A stretch of DNA of 64,000 nucleotides from an uncultured Actinomycetota bacterium (GTDB lineage Bacteria; Actinomycetota; Actinomycetes; JAHEKZ01): assembly GCA_963829525.1 (NCBI GenBank), contig CAWHIJ010000003.1, positions 1,024,001 through 1,088,000 on the forward strand, written 5' to 3'. The position numbers were made by a program, and so were the translations under genes. Each line of letters starts with the position of its first letter. Within the stretch, counting starts at the first letter, position 1. This document shows positions 39,808 to 49,579 of this stretch, one piece after another. The notes beneath the pieces are model-generated. The model did not search any database. It was not told the origin of the DNA and saw nothing but the letters and a program-made list of their open reading frames with translations.

Positions 39808-40068
39808 GTGCCACGACTGATCCACATCAACGGACCACCTGCCATCGGCAAGTCCACGATCGCCGAGCTCTACACCGCGGACCACCCGGGGACGCTTCTG
39901 CTGGACATCGACCGAGTGCGCATGTTGGTGGGCGGCTGGCAGCAGGACTTCGTCGGGATCGGTGAGGTGGGTCGCCAGCAGGGAGCGGGCCATCGTCGTG
40001 CAGAGCGCGCGGGGAACTCGGAGGGGACGTACCGGGAGGTACTTGCGACGTTGACCGACCATCGGTGA
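39808..40068 (+). pseudogene. Internally deleted P-loop (AAA_33/kinase-like) gene
   Basis: LIHINGPPAIGKST Walker A and LDID.VR..GGW, but only 86 aa. Confidence 0.55.
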
Positions 40069-40076
40069 CGGCATGC

Positions 40077-40135
40077 TGGTGGATTTCCTGCGTTTTCAGG
40101 CCCCATTTCGCAGTGAAACCGCAGGTAATCCGCCA
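40077..40135. terminator. Long inverted repeat between convergent genes
   Basis: GGTGGATTTCCTGCGTTTTCA vs TGAAACCGCAGGTAATCCGCC, 18/21 complementary. Confidence 0.55.
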
Positions 40136-40220
40136 TTTCGGCGGCGTCCACCTGATAGTGAGCGACCCGCCTGCGCTAGCGGCCGCAGGGGGTCCTCCTG
40201 CACTCGGTGGGCTGGGGCGG

Positions 40221-41090
40221 CTAGCTGCGGATCGCTGCCAGGACGTCTACGCCGACCTTGAGGAACTTCTTCCAGTCGCGCGGCTCGGGCGGGTAGAAGA
40301 TGAACTCGTTGAACCCCAGCGGCGCGAACTTCTCGACGAGGGCTGGAACCGCCCCGGGATCGCTCCAGGCGTCGAACGCCTCGTCGAGGGCAAGCAGTGA
40401 CCGCGTCAACGTCGCGGGGTCGCGTCCGATCTCGGCCAGGTAGTCGTCGAGCATGGCGGTGCGTTCGCTGATCTGGCGACGGAACTCGTCGACGTCGGTG
40501 ATGTCGATCCAGGCGTTCCAGGTGTCAGCCACCCGTGCGGCCATCTTGGTGATCCGCGGCCCGTTACCGGCCAGGGCAATAGGTAGCCGTGGTCGCTGGA
40601 CGCAGCCAGGAGCCATGGCAGCGTTCTCGTACTGCGTGAATGTCCCCGTGAAGTCGCTGGTGTCCTGACGGAGCAGTCGGTCGATCACGGCCGTGCCCTC
40701 TTCGAGCCGGTCGACCCGCTCCTTGGCGGGCATCTCGTACGTCGAACGCCCCACCATGAGTTGGTCATCGACCTGACCGCAGCCCAGGCCGAGGATGAAG
40801 CGCCCGTTGCTGAGCTGGTCGACGGTCATGGCGAAGCGCGCGATGTGAACCGGGTCACGCCAGGCCAGGTTGGTGACCATCATCCCGAGCTCTAGGTTGT
40901 CGGTCTCGGTCGCGAGAGCCCCCAGCGTGATCCAGGGATCCAGCAGCGGTGCGCTGCGCTGACGCCAGTCGCCCAGGGTGTCGCCGATCCAGGCGGTGTC
41001 GAACTCTGTGTCCTCCATGCGGAGAGCAAGGTCCTGGCCGTGCTCAGGGTCGCGGGGGAGGACATAGACACCGAAGGAGAGATCTGGCAT
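40221..41090 (-). CDS. LLM class flavin-dependent oxidoreductase
   Basis: FDTAWIGD, LDPWITLGALA, VDQLSNGRFILGLG, PIALAGNGP, ADTWN. Confidence 0.88.
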   Translation of the reverse strand: MPDLSFGVYVLPRDPEHGQDLALRMEDTEFDTAWIGDTLGDWRQRSAPLLDPWITLGALATETDNLELGMMVTNLAWRDPVHIARFAMTVDQLSNGRFILGLGCGQVDDQLMVGRSTYEMPAKERVDRLEEGTAVIDRLLRQDTSDFTGTFTQYENAAMAPGCVQRPRLPIALAGNGPRITKMAARVADTWNAWIDITDVDEFRRQISERTAMLDDYLAEIGRDPATLTRSLLALDEAFDAWSDPGAVPALVEKFAPLGFNEFIFYPPEPRDWKKFLKVGVDVLAAIRS

Positions 41091-41133
41091 GCCCGTGATC
41101 GTGCCACAGTCACACTCGTGCAGACTGGTCCCC

Positions 41134-42090
41134 ATGCGTCTTCGAAGCTCCGCTGTTGCGGCTGTCGTCATGTTCGCCATCCTCTGGGGCGCAGCTGGCG
41201 CCACGACGGTGCAGGCCACCGGACCTGACTCTGCGGCGAGGCCCGACCCCAAGGTGTCTCGCCTGGTCGCGGTCGGCGACATCGCGTGCGACCCCAACAG
41301 CCCCAACATCGGCGCCTCTGGGCTATGCCAGCACGCGCGAGTCGGAGCGCTGGTCAAGAAGATGGTTCGCCGAGGTGCGGACAACTTCGTCACCCTGGGT
41401 GATGCGCAGTACGAGAACGGCAGTTACAGCGCCTTCATGGCCGAGTTCGACCCGGCCTTCCGCGCAGTGCGTTCGGTGACGAGGGCCGTCGCCGGTAACC
41501 ATGAGTACAAGACCAAGGACGCGAGCGGACACTTCCGGTACTGGGGCAAGCGGGCCGGCACCAGGAAGCACCCGTGGCGCACCTTCACCCCCGTCGCAGG
41601 ATGGCGAGTCGTTCTCCTCGATTCCAACTGCGAGTACGTCGGTGGCTGTGGACCCAAGTCGCGGCAGGGCAAATGGTTGCGTCACCTGCTCGCCAACAAC
41701 ACTCGCCGCTGCACCGTGGCCATGTGGCACCACCCACTGCAGACGTCCGGTGAGTACGCCGGCAGCGCGGACAGCCAGTCGCGGGCGCTCCCGCTCTGGA
41801 AGATGGTCAACGCAGGTGGCGTCGACCTCGTCCTCAATGGTCACGACCACATCTACGAGCGGTTCGCCAAGCGCAGTGACGTCCAAGAGTTCGTCGTCGG
41901 AACCGGTGGAAAGAGTCACTACGACATCACGACAAAGGCCCCCGGCAGCAAGAAGCGCATCAACGATCGCTACGGCGTCCTGCGTCTCGACCTCGCGAGC
42001 AATGGCACCTACCGCCATGCCTTCGTCACCACGTCCGGGAACGTCGTCGACAGCGGCCAGGCCAGATGCACCAACCGGCAGTCCCGCTGA
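41134..42090 (+). CDS. Secreted calcineurin-like metallophosphoesterase
   Basis: Signal peptide; VGDIA, LGDAQY, GNHEY, WHHP, NGHDHIYER. Confidence 0.88.
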   Translation: MRLRSSAVAAVVMFAILWGAAGATTVQATGPDSAARPDPKVSRLVAVGDIACDPNSPNIGASGLCQHARVGALVKKMVRRGADNFVTLGDAQYENGSYSAFMAEFDPAFRAVRSVTRAVAGNHEYKTKDASGHFRYWGKRAGTRKHPWRTFTPVAGWRVVLLDSNCEYVGGCGPKSRQGKWLRHLLANNTRRCTVAMWHHPLQTSGEYAGSADSQSRALPLWKMVNAGGVDLVLNGHDHIYERFAKRSDVQEFVVGTGGKSHYDITTKAPGSKKRINDRYGVLRLDLASNGTYRHAFVTTSGNVVDSGQARCTNRQSR

Positions 42091-42097
42091 CCCCAGG

Positions 42098-42301
42098 TCA
42101 GTTCGCGACAGCGCGCATCGCGCGGTGCGGGCACGCCTTGGCGGCTCGTTTGGCCTGCCGAACGAGGGATGCGTCCGCTGCGGGATCGATGACGGGGAAA
42201 CCCCAACGATCGAGCGTCACCAGGTCAGGGGCAACGAGCGCGCAGATCCCGACGCCGTCACATTTGGCCGCATCGAGCTGCAGGGCTGCTTTCTTCATCA
42301 C
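42098..42301 (-). CDS. Ferredoxin
   Basis: CDGVGICA, LDRWGFP, ACP. Confidence 0.85.
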   Translation of the reverse strand: MMKKAALQLDAAKCDGVGICALVAPDLVTLDRWGFPVIDPAADASLVRQAKRAAKACPHRAMRAVAN

Positions 42302-43498
42302 GCTGCCTCCTGACCGGGAACGAGGATGTCGTGCCGGCGCGTGCAGCGCCGGTTGCGGCGGTGCGCCGGCAGTTCGTCGGCGAACACGTCCAGCGCCGAG
42401 CCGAGCATCCGGATGGCGCCGTCGGGGTGGTGGCAGGCACCGCGTCCAGCCACCTCGGCAGAGATGCGTTCGAGCCGCGCGACGTCGCTGCGACGCGCGT
42501 GCCCGGAGGCGACCCGCTGCATGACCTCAGCGAGCGAGTCGAGCCCGAAGAGGCACGGGCCACACTGACGGGCGCTGGAATCGGCGGCGTACTGGACGAT
42601 TTGTGCGCTGACCGCGATCCCACAGCTGGACCGAGGGAGCACGATCACGATCCCGGCGTTGGCCAGCGTCTCCAGCGCACGAATGGGTTGGTCGGCGACG
42701 TCCTCCCAGCGATACCAAGTCCCGCCATATCCGCCGAGCAGCACGGCGGAGGTGTTACCACCACCGAGACGCTCGACGAGCGACGCGAGGATCTCGCTTG
42801 GGTCGCAATCTACGACCATGCGTCCGGACGACGTTGTCACGGTCAGCAACCGGCTCTGGGTCGGGTCGAACCCCGTCGCCAGCAGGCCTACCCGCGCCAA
42901 GGTCTCGATGTTGTGGACCAGAGTTGGCCGACCGTCGACGCCGCTGATCGCGGCGGGAACGGGCATCGCGTGGGGGAGTGCAGGCCCACCCGAGAGGGCG
43001 CGGATGATCGCCGTCGACTCTCCGCTGAGGTAGCGCGCGGGGCCCTCGACGATGCGGAGCGGAACATCGGTGACGCCAGCTGCGCGACGCTCAACCATTG
43101 CACGCTCGATGGAGACTCGACTGTGCTGTGCGCCCTTGTGCAGCCAGAGCACCGCCTCGGTGCTGCCAGTTGCTCGCACAGTGGCCTTGAGGCCGTCGAG
43201 CACCAGGTGTGGTCGCAACTGCAGTAGCGCGGCGTCTTTGCCGCTGGCCGGCTCGCTCTCTGCGCCGTTGGCCACGACGATGCCTCGGCCCCCGGCGTCG
43301 ATGGCTGCCTGCCACTTGCGGGCGACGGGGAAGAATGCCCCGCCGTAGCCACGGAGTTCGACGTCGGCGGCACGCTGGAGCAGATCCTGAACCTCCAACT
43401 GGCCGGGACGCCGAGCGCGGTGTTCGGTCAGCGACTCAGCCGACGTCGAGAGCCACTCGGCCAGAGCCGACCGGAACGGGGGAGTCGAAGATGGTCAT
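42298..43498 (-). CDS. NuoF-like FMN/4Fe-4S oxidoreductase (probable 1-nt indel near start)
   Basis: LRGYGGAFFP..K, NGAESEPASGKD, YLSGE, HNIETL, QCGPC..G, GACHHPDG; coupled ATG at 43498 is out of frame by 1 nt. Confidence 0.85.
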
Positions 43499-44244
43499 GA
43501 CCGCGCGCCTCCGTGGGAAGACCGAATGGGATCGGTGGTGTAGCGGCTGATTGCCGTGGCGATCACCAGGAAGCCAGATCCCACGTAGAAGAAGGTCAGA
43601 GCTGCAGAGTCAGTGCCAGCGAGGACGCCATGCGCCCACACCGCGGCATAGATGGCGAGGGTGGTGTGATGCAGCGGCCACCAGATCCGGCCGATTCGTC
43701 CGGCGAAGCGCGCGGTGATCCCGGCGACCAGACCGGCGTAAAGGCCGAGCCAACCAAGGGTCACAGGAAGGGGCCGGTACTCGGCGCCCAAGGGAAGAAG
43801 GGCACCCTTCCAGCCGACGCCCGCATAGCTGTCGAGGGCAAGCACAACCACGTGCAGAACGATGAACATTGCGGTGAACGACGCGAGGGCGACGTGGATG
43901 CGCAGCATGGTGGCGCGGGGCAACGACCGCAACGCGGTGCCGCGCGGATGCGCCAGCATGAGACCCAGCAGCACGAGCCCGGTCAGCAGGACGAGTGACG
44001 CGATGCCCGAGACACGCGCGAGCAACCACTTCGGCGCCGCGTCCTGGCTCACCTGAATGGCCACCCACCCGATGGTCCATCCCGCGATCATTGAGCTCAC
44101 CGTCACGATGAGCGCTGACAGCCAGGGATGCCAGGCGGATGTCTGATCTGCCGCAACCACGCGTGAGCGGGTAGTCATGGGTACCGGCGCCGCCTTCGGG
44201 ACTGGAACGGGTGCGTGCTTGGGGATCTGTGCGACGTCAGGCAT
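43495..44244 (-). CDS. Ferric reductase-like / MsrQ-like transmembrane cytochrome b
   Basis: WLLARVSG, His pairs (RIH..LH; LHH..AHG), 6 TM segments. Confidence 0.8.
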   Translation of the reverse strand: MPDVAQIPKHAPVPVPKAAPVPMTTRSRVVAADQTSAWHPWLSALIVTVSSMIAGWTIGWVAIQVSQDAAPKWLLARVSGIASLVLLTGLVLLGLMLAHPRGTALRSLPRATMLRIHVALASFTAMFIVLHVVVLALDSYAGVGWKGALLPLGAEYRPLPVTLGWLGLYAGLVAGITARFAGRIGRIWWPLHHTTLAIYAAVWAHGVLAGTDSAALTFFYVGSGFLVIATAISRYTTDPIRSSHGGARS

Positions 44245-45202
44245 GGTTGCTGCGCTCCCAGATGAGGTATGGGTCGAGTGCCGGACTGTGAGCTGTTTCA
44301 CCGGAGTCGGTGACCCAGTAGGCGGCAAGCTGGTGCTGCCCGCACAGCGCATCGATCTGGTCGCGACCGGCGATGAGCAGTGCCTTGCTCCAGGTTTCCG
44401 CTGTGACGGTGGAGTCTGCGATGACGGTCACTGACTGCAGGCCGCCGGCAGCCGGGCCCCCGGTTCGTGGGTCGATGAGGTGGTGACGCTCTTGGCCGCC
44501 TTGAATCCACCGCCGCCGGCCGGTCGAGGACGTCGCGCAGCTTCCGGCGTGGAGCTGTAGGACGGACAGGGTCCGGGTCGGGTCGCGCGGCCCTTCGACG
44601 GCAACCGTCCAGCCGTCACCGTCGGGACCGTCGCCGGCAACTGCGAGATCGCCACCAGCGTTCACCAGGAATGCGGGGAGCTCGGACGCGAGCATGGCCG
44701 CGGCCGCATCGACGGTCCAGCCCTTTCCGATTCCGCCTAGGTCGATCGGAGTATCGCCGAGGGTGATGACGCGTTCGGTGGAGCTGATGGTCGGCTGCCA
44801 CCTGCCACGGAGTGGGACCTCCGTACCGGGCCGAGGTGCGACGGCTTCGGCTGTTGCGACCTCCGCAAAAGTGCGGTCATATCCCACGGCCAACAGGCGG
44901 TCGAGGATGCGGGGGTCGAAGAGGCCACCCGTAGCCCGGTACGCCTCGTGTGCGGCCCCAACGATCGCCACACACTCCGGTGCCACCTCATGTGCTGTTG
45001 CCGGATCGGCGTTGGCTCGCATGAGATCGCTGCGCTCGTCGAACCTCGTGCAGGAGCGCTCCACCCGTCCGAACAGGGTCTCCACCCGCCCGAGCAGGGT
45101 GGTGGTGTCGCTGCCATCTGGCAGCGACACCACCACAACAGTGCCCATGGCGGCGAAGGTGTGTTTGGTCCAGGACGCCTGGAGGGCCTTGACCGTCATC
45201 AC
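44237..45202 (-). CDS. apbE: FAD:protein FMN transferase
   Basis: AMGT, TGGLFDP, DLGGIGKGW, VNAGGD, ATSS, HHLIDPRTG. Confidence 0.92.
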   Translation of the reverse strand: MMTVKALQASWTKHTFAAMGTVVVVSLPDGSDTTTLLGRVETLFGRVERSCTRFDERSDLMRANADPATAHEVAPECVAIVGAAHEAYRATGGLFDPRILDRLLAVGYDRTFAEVATAEAVAPRPGTEVPLRGRWQPTISSTERVITLGDTPIDLGGIGKGWTVDAAAAMLASELPAFLVNAGGDLAVAGDGPDGDGWTVAVEGPRDPTRTLSVLQLHAGSCATSSTGRRRWIQGGQERHHLIDPRTGGPAAGGLQSVTVIADSTVTAETWSKALLIAGRDQIDALCGQHQLAAYWVTDSGETAHSPALDPYLIWERSNHA

Positions 45203-45677
45203 GAACCGCTAGTGCTCGTGTTCGAAGCCGGCGGGTTCTTGGCGGGGGCCGGCGCAGGGGCAGGCGCGCTCCCCGACGATGAGCCACCCGAGCTGCTAGA
45301 GCCGCTGGAGCTGCTCGAGCTCCGGAGCTGGTCCAGCCGCTCGAACTGGACGAGCTGCTGTAGCCCGAACTGCTCGAAGTCGGCGAAGACGACAGCACTA
45401 CGACCCGCTTCTCACGGACCGACTCGAGATGGCTGCGAGCCTGGTGCACCGCCTGCTGGAGATGGTGGATCTGGGCACGCTCCCGGCCGATCGCCTTCCT
45501 GAGCGCGTGCAGCGTGGGGTCTTTGCTCAGCGTCTTCGCCGCGTGGGACGCCTGAGTAGTCGGCGGCGGCGGGGTAGCGGCCGCTGGGGTGTTCGTGGTG
45601 GCCCATGCCGTGGTGGCGACCACAGCGAGCGCAGCCACGGGTGCGGTCAGTGCCAGGGGTGAAATGCGCTTAGTCAT
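45199..45677 (-). CDS. Secreted Ser/Pro-rich protein ending in a candidate flavinylation motif (frameshift near 45325)
   Basis: Signal peptide, coiled segment, poly-Ser; the corrected frame ends APAPAPAKNPPASNTSTSGS-stop, overlapping the apbE start. Confidence 0.65.
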
Positions 45678-46161
45678 CGTGGCTCTCGCTCTCTGACTCG
45701 TTGTCGTCGCTGGATGACTGGTTGTCATCGCCGGCGTCTTCGGACTCGTTCTCGTAGGCGTCGTCATCGCCCTGATAAGCGGCGCCACTGTCGTCACTTT
45801 GGCTCGCCGCCGGTGCGGGGGCCGGGGCTGGTGCTGGGGCCGGAGCTGGAGCCGGGGCTGGGGCCGGGGCGTCGTTCACTGCGCTGCGCGCGATGACGAT
45901 GCTCTGATCCACCTGCTGCGATTTGCCGCGGATGCTCTCGAGCAGCTTGCGCAGCTTGTTCGACCGGGAGTCGAGTTGGGAAAGCTGACGGGTAAGTGCC
46001 CGAATGGCGGCGGGGTCGGTGGTGACCTCGGTGGAGGCCGCTGGTGCGGCTGCCTCAGCGTCGGTCGCGGATCCTCCGACACTGGCGAGGGCGAACCCGG
46101 CTCCAGCGAGGGTGACCGATGCAACGGCGAGGATCGTGGTGATTCGGCGAGTGGGGCTCAT
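45670..46161 (-). CDS. Secreted coiled-coil protein with (AP)n linker and acidic tail
   Basis: Signal peptide, about 11 AP repeats, D/E/S-rich C-terminus; SD AAGGAG. Confidence 0.7.
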   Translation of the reverse strand: MSPTRRITTILAVASVTLAGAGFALASVGGSATDAEAAAPAASTEVTTDPAAIRALTRQLSQLDSRSNKLRKLLESIRGKSQQVDQSIVIARSAVNDAPAPAPAPAPAPAPAPAPAPAASQSDDSGAAYQGDDDAYENESEDAGDDNQSSSDDNESESESHDD

Positions 46162-46283
46162 TGCTGCTCCTTTGATGGGGACAGATCCACCATCGCCCAC
46201 TTGGCGCCCCCCGCTTAGGTCATTAACCTCGCCTTAGGGTCAGCCACAGACAGGCACAACAGTGACCCCTTCAGGGAGGGGCC

Positions 46284-46478
46284 ATGGCACGTAAACCAGG
46301 GGCTCCTCGGTGGTTCGAGGACATCCCGTGGCGGGTGAATTACCGCGTCCGCTGGTTAGGTTTGGTCTTCTTCGGACCAGCTCAGCTCGACGATGACGCC
46401 GACCCGCTGCAACGTCTCAAGCGGGAGCGCCAGCGCCGGTTTGCCGTCCGGGCCGCTCGAAAGCGGCTTTCGGACTAA
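46284..46478 (+). CDS. Small hypothetical protein
   Basis: SD GGGAGG; FGPAQL...DP...L motif. Confidence 0.55.
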   Translation: MARKPGAPRWFEDIPWRVNYRVRWLGLVFFGPAQLDDDADPLQRLKRERQRRFAVRAARKRLSD

Positions 46479-46500
46479 GGGGGCTCTGCAGAACAATCAG

Positions 46501-46577
46501 TGGGGTGAGTGACGGGACTCGAACCCGCGACATCCGCGACCACAACGCGGCGCTCTACCAGCTGAGCTACACCCACC
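46501..46577 (-). tRNA. tRNA-His (GTG)
   Basis: Cloverleaf: G-1, GTGGGTG/CACTCAC acceptor stem, CCGCG-TT-GTG-GT-CGCGG anticodon arm, GTTCGAG, encoded CCA. Confidence 0.97.
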
Positions 46578-46634
46578 ACGGCCGTAATAGCCGAAGCAGA
46601 GTCTAGCGGCGCCAGGGATCGGCTTCGAATCGGC

Positions 46635-47264
46635 TCAGGCTGAAGGGGAGGCGGGAGTCGACTCGGAGACCCCGGAAAGTGTGGCGGCGATCGCCTTCGC
46701 AGTGGCGGAATCAGGCCCGGGCGGCGGGACGAAGACGGCAGCGCGGTAGTAGGCGAGCTCGTTGATCGACTCGGATATGTCGGCAAGCGCCCGGTGCCCT
46801 CCCTGCTTGGCAGGGGCCTGGAAGTAGGCGCGGGGATACCAACGCCGGGAAAGCTCTTTGACCGACGAGACGTCGATCATCCGGTAGTGCAGGAAGTTGT
46901 CGAGCGTCGTCATGTCGCGGGCGATGAAGTTGCGGTCGGTCGCGATCGAGTTGCCGGCCATCGGGGCCTTGCGGGGCTCGGTGACGTACTGGTGGATGTA
47001 GTCGAGGGCCTGTTGCTCGGCCTCGGCCAGCGTAATGCCGGCCGCGAGCTCGTCGAGGAGTGCGGATTTGGTGTGCATGTTCCGGACGAAGTCATCCATC
47101 TGTTCAAGCGCGGCATCCGGCGGCTTGATGACGACGTCGACGCCATCGCCGAGCACGTTCAGCTCGTCATCGGTGACGAGAACCGCCAGTTCGATCAGGG
47201 CATCGTGGACGAGGCTGAGCCCGGTCATCTCGCAGTCGACCCAGACCATGTGTGTTGCGCTCAT
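46635..47264 (-). CDS. orn: Oligoribonuclease
   Basis: [35 protein letters not shown]; adjacent to tRNA-His. Confidence 0.96.
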   Translation of the reverse strand: MSATHMVWVDCEMTGLSLVHDALIELAVLVTDDELNVLGDGVDVVIKPPDAALEQMDDFVRNMHTKSALLDELAAGITLAEAEQQALDYIHQYVTEPRKAPMAGNSIATDRNFIARDMTTLDNFLHYRMIDVSSVKELSRRWYPRAYFQAPAKQGGHRALADISESINELAYYRAAVFVPPPGPDSATAKAIAATLSGVSESTPASPSA

Positions 47265-47300
47265 GGGAACGAAGGTTAGCGGGCCGCTACGACAGCGGGC

Positions 47301-48275
47301 CTATCCCTCGATGATGACGTCCTCGACGGGTCGCCGCGGTGTTGCGGGTGCGGCCGGCGCGTAACCGATTCGGAAGAGCATCTGCGGGAAGCCGATGGGC
47401 TGGTCGGGGTCGCGCACCAGCCAGCGAAGAGCGGGAGCCTCGAGCGGCTGGTTGGCGTAGGTGGCGACCAGGCCCTCAACGGTGGCGACCAGCAGCACCC
47501 GTTGCAGGGCTTGACCGGCGGCGACCCAGCATGCGCGGTCGTCGTGGGCGGTCGTCAGGACGGCGAGGGTCGGGTCATTCTCGAAGACGGCGAACCCTCG
47601 GCCAGAGATCACACGTCCGGGAGTCAGATCACGGTGCGGCGTGGACGGGCTCTGGGGGATCGGGCCGAGCGCGTCTGTGGGCACGCCGTCCGGACGGGTG
47701 TCGTCCACGCCCGTCCACTTCTTGGCCTCGGCCATAACCTCTGGGTCGGTCGTGGCGTCGGCGTCATGAATCAGGTCGACGAGCCTGCGTCGCTCAGCTG
47801 CTTCGGTGACCGGGTAGAAGATTGCGCCCTCTTGACTCGCAGCCACAGCGAGCGCTTCAAGCACCGCTGAGGGGACTGGACGGTCCTCGTAGGGGTTTCG
47901 GTTGGTGTGCCGGTGCGGAATGGCGGCAAAGAGCTCGTCCACCATGCCGGTGGAAGACGCCTGACCGTGCAGGTCGATTGTTGCGACGTGCAGGGGGTCG
48001 TCCTCGTTCGGGAAGATCGTGGTCGTACTGGTGTGTCCGAAGTGCTCCGCGGCCAGTCGCAAGTTGAGTAACGCGGCACCACACGACATGAGCAATGCTC
48101 GGCCGTCCGGATCTTGCGCCTGTAGCTGTCTGCTGGCGTCTCCGTAAAGGTGGATGACATCGTCGTCGATCCGGAAGAGCCAGGGCTGAGTGTTGTGCAC
48201 CGACGGCGCAGCAACCGCCGCGGCGATCAGCTGTCGCAGCAAAGCCTGAGTCAGGGTCGACGTCGAGGAGATCAT
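47301..48275 (-). CDS. Acg family FMN-binding nitroreductase-like protein
   Basis: APSVHNTQPW, SCGAALLNL, RHTNR.PY, AGQALQRVLL, TPRRP. Confidence 0.9.
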   Translation of the reverse strand: MISSTSTLTQALLRQLIAAAVAAPSVHNTQPWLFRIDDDVIHLYGDASRQLQAQDPDGRALLMSCGAALLNLRLAAEHFGHTSTTTIFPNEDDPLHVATIDLHGQASSTGMVDELFAAIPHRHTNRNPYEDRPVPSAVLEALAVAASQEGAIFYPVTEAAERRRLVDLIHDADATTDPEVMAEAKKWTGVDDTRPDGVPTDALGPIPQSPSTPHRDLTPGRVISGRGFAVFENDPTLAVLTTAHDDRACWVAAGQALQRVLLVATVEGLVATYANQPLEAPALRWLVRDPDQPIGFPQMLFRIGYAPAAPATPRRPVEDVIIEG

Positions 48276-49171
48276 GACGTCCCAGTCCCCGGTCGCACCA
48301 CCAGCACGGGGCACTGCGCGTGGTGCAGGAGCGATCTGCTCGTAGAGCCCAGCAGCATGCTGGTGAAACCACCGTGGCCGCGGGATCCCACGACGACCAG
48401 CGCAGCTCCGCGCGATGCATCCGCCAGAACCTTGGCCGGACGCCCCTGGCGCAACCGCTGCTCCACCTGCACGTCCGGGTACCTCTCGCCAAGACCAGCC
48501 ACGGTCTCTGCCATCGCCCGCAACTCGTCGGTGTGCGCCTCTTCAAGAAGCAGGGTGTCTGCCATCACGACACCAGCGGTGTCATAGGACGGGGCGTTCC
48601 AGACGTGCAGGAGGGTGAGCCCGGTGTGGCGCAGCGAAGCCTCTTCGAAGGCCAGGTGTGTGGCGTCCACCGATAGCTCGGAGCCATCGATACCCACCAC
48701 GACGCGACCGGCTTCGAGCCCTGGCTCATCGGCTTGGTGCGAGGGGACGACGGCAACTGGGCACGAAGCGTGGGTGACGACCTGTTGGGTGACCGATCCG
48801 AGGATGAACTCGGTGACCCGGTCCAGGCCGGAGCTGCCGACGACGACGAGAGTGGCATTCTCGGCCGCCTCGAGCAGCCCTGCCGCGGGTACGCCGGGGT
48901 AGAGCAACCCGTTGACGGTCACGTCAGGAGCCGTTGCTTGGAGTCGCGTGACTGCGTCATCGAGAACAGCCTGTGCGGCATCCCGAATACGATCGTCGGA
49001 GAGTCCAACCGGGGTCGGTCCGAGGCCCACTGGAGGCAGTGGGATCGACCAGCTGTGCACCACGTCGAGAGGCACATGGCGGCGAGCGGCGACATCCAGA
49101 GCCCAAGCAGCAGCGGTGAACGCCTGTTCTGAGCCATCGACACCAACGGCAACGGCAGGACGGTTCGACAT
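48272..49171 (-). CDS. Tandem-domain universal stress protein
   Basis: Two VGxDGS...VVGS.G....LGS...H..CPV.VV repeats. Confidence 0.93.
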   Translation of the reverse strand: MSNRPAVAVGVDGSEQAFTAAAWALDVAARRHVPLDVVHSWSIPLPPVGLGPTPVGLSDDRIRDAAQAVLDDAVTRLQATAPDVTVNGLLYPGVPAAGLLEAAENATLVVVGSSGLDRVTEFILGSVTQQVVTHASCPVAVVPSHQADEPGLEAGRVVVGIDGSELSVDATHLAFEEASLRHTGLTLLHVWNAPSYDTAGVVMADTLLLEEAHTDELRAMAETVAGLGERYPDVQVEQRLRQGRPAKVLADASRGAALVVVGSRGHGGFTSMLLGSTSRSLLHHAQCPVLVVRPGTGTS

Positions 49172-49223
49172 GGCATTCCTCCTAGGGGGACGCCTTCAGG
49201 ATCACCGGCGCCGGTGGCTGGAG

Positions 49224-49243
49224 GCAGGGACGTTAGTCCCGAG
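49224..49243. promoter_or_regulatory. DosR/DevR-type box upstream of usp-acg
   Basis: GGGAC-GTTA-GTCCC (49227-49240), one mismatch to the GGGACTWWAGTCCC core. Confidence 0.75.
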
Positions 49244-49308
49244 TAGGACCGGCGAAGGTCACCGAAAGCCCCGTCCGGCAGTTGCCGATGTCCTGAGACA
49301 TCACAGGG

Positions 49309-49381
49309 CGCCCCCGGCACGATTCGAACGTGCGGCCAACTGCTTAGAAGGCAGCTGCTCTATCCACTGAGCTACGGGGGC
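49309..49381 (-). tRNA. tRNA-Arg (TCT)
   Basis: GCCCCCG/CGGGGGC acceptor stem, TAGCTCAGTGGATAGAGC D-arm, CT-TCT-AA loop, GTTCGAAT; CCA not encoded. Confidence 0.96.
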
Positions 49382-49554
49382 GGGACGTGCGGAATTCCTT
49401 GTGGGAAACCTGCTGGACCCTGCCGCGATCTGGTCGGATCGGGGCGGATCAAGTCTAGGGGGCGGACTTCGGCGCTGGTTTGGCCGCAGATGGGGTGTCA
49501 GGGAGCGATTTCGTGGCTCTGAGCCGGTAGTGTGGGCGCGGTTGAGTCCAGGTG
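49373..49554. repeat. Element end, copy 1 (tRNA-proximal)
   Basis: TACGGGGGC-GGGACGTGCGGAATTCCTTGTGGGAAACC...GATCGGGGCGGATCAAGTCTAGGGGGC; homologous to 54523-54704 and 56683-56768. Confidence 0.88.
49452..49457 (-). promoter_or_regulatory. Outward-facing -10 (TAGACT) in the element end, candidate tRNA-Arg promoter
   Basis: TANNNT about 70 nt upstream of the tRNA; copy 2 has TACACT at the same position (54608-54603). Confidence 0.55.
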
Positions 49555-49579
49555 TGGCGATCGGTGTGAGTGCGGGGGG

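Noticed and set aside
46501-46577. tRNA-His as an island integration site
   Set aside because: No duplicated 3' fragment and no integrase found in the window.
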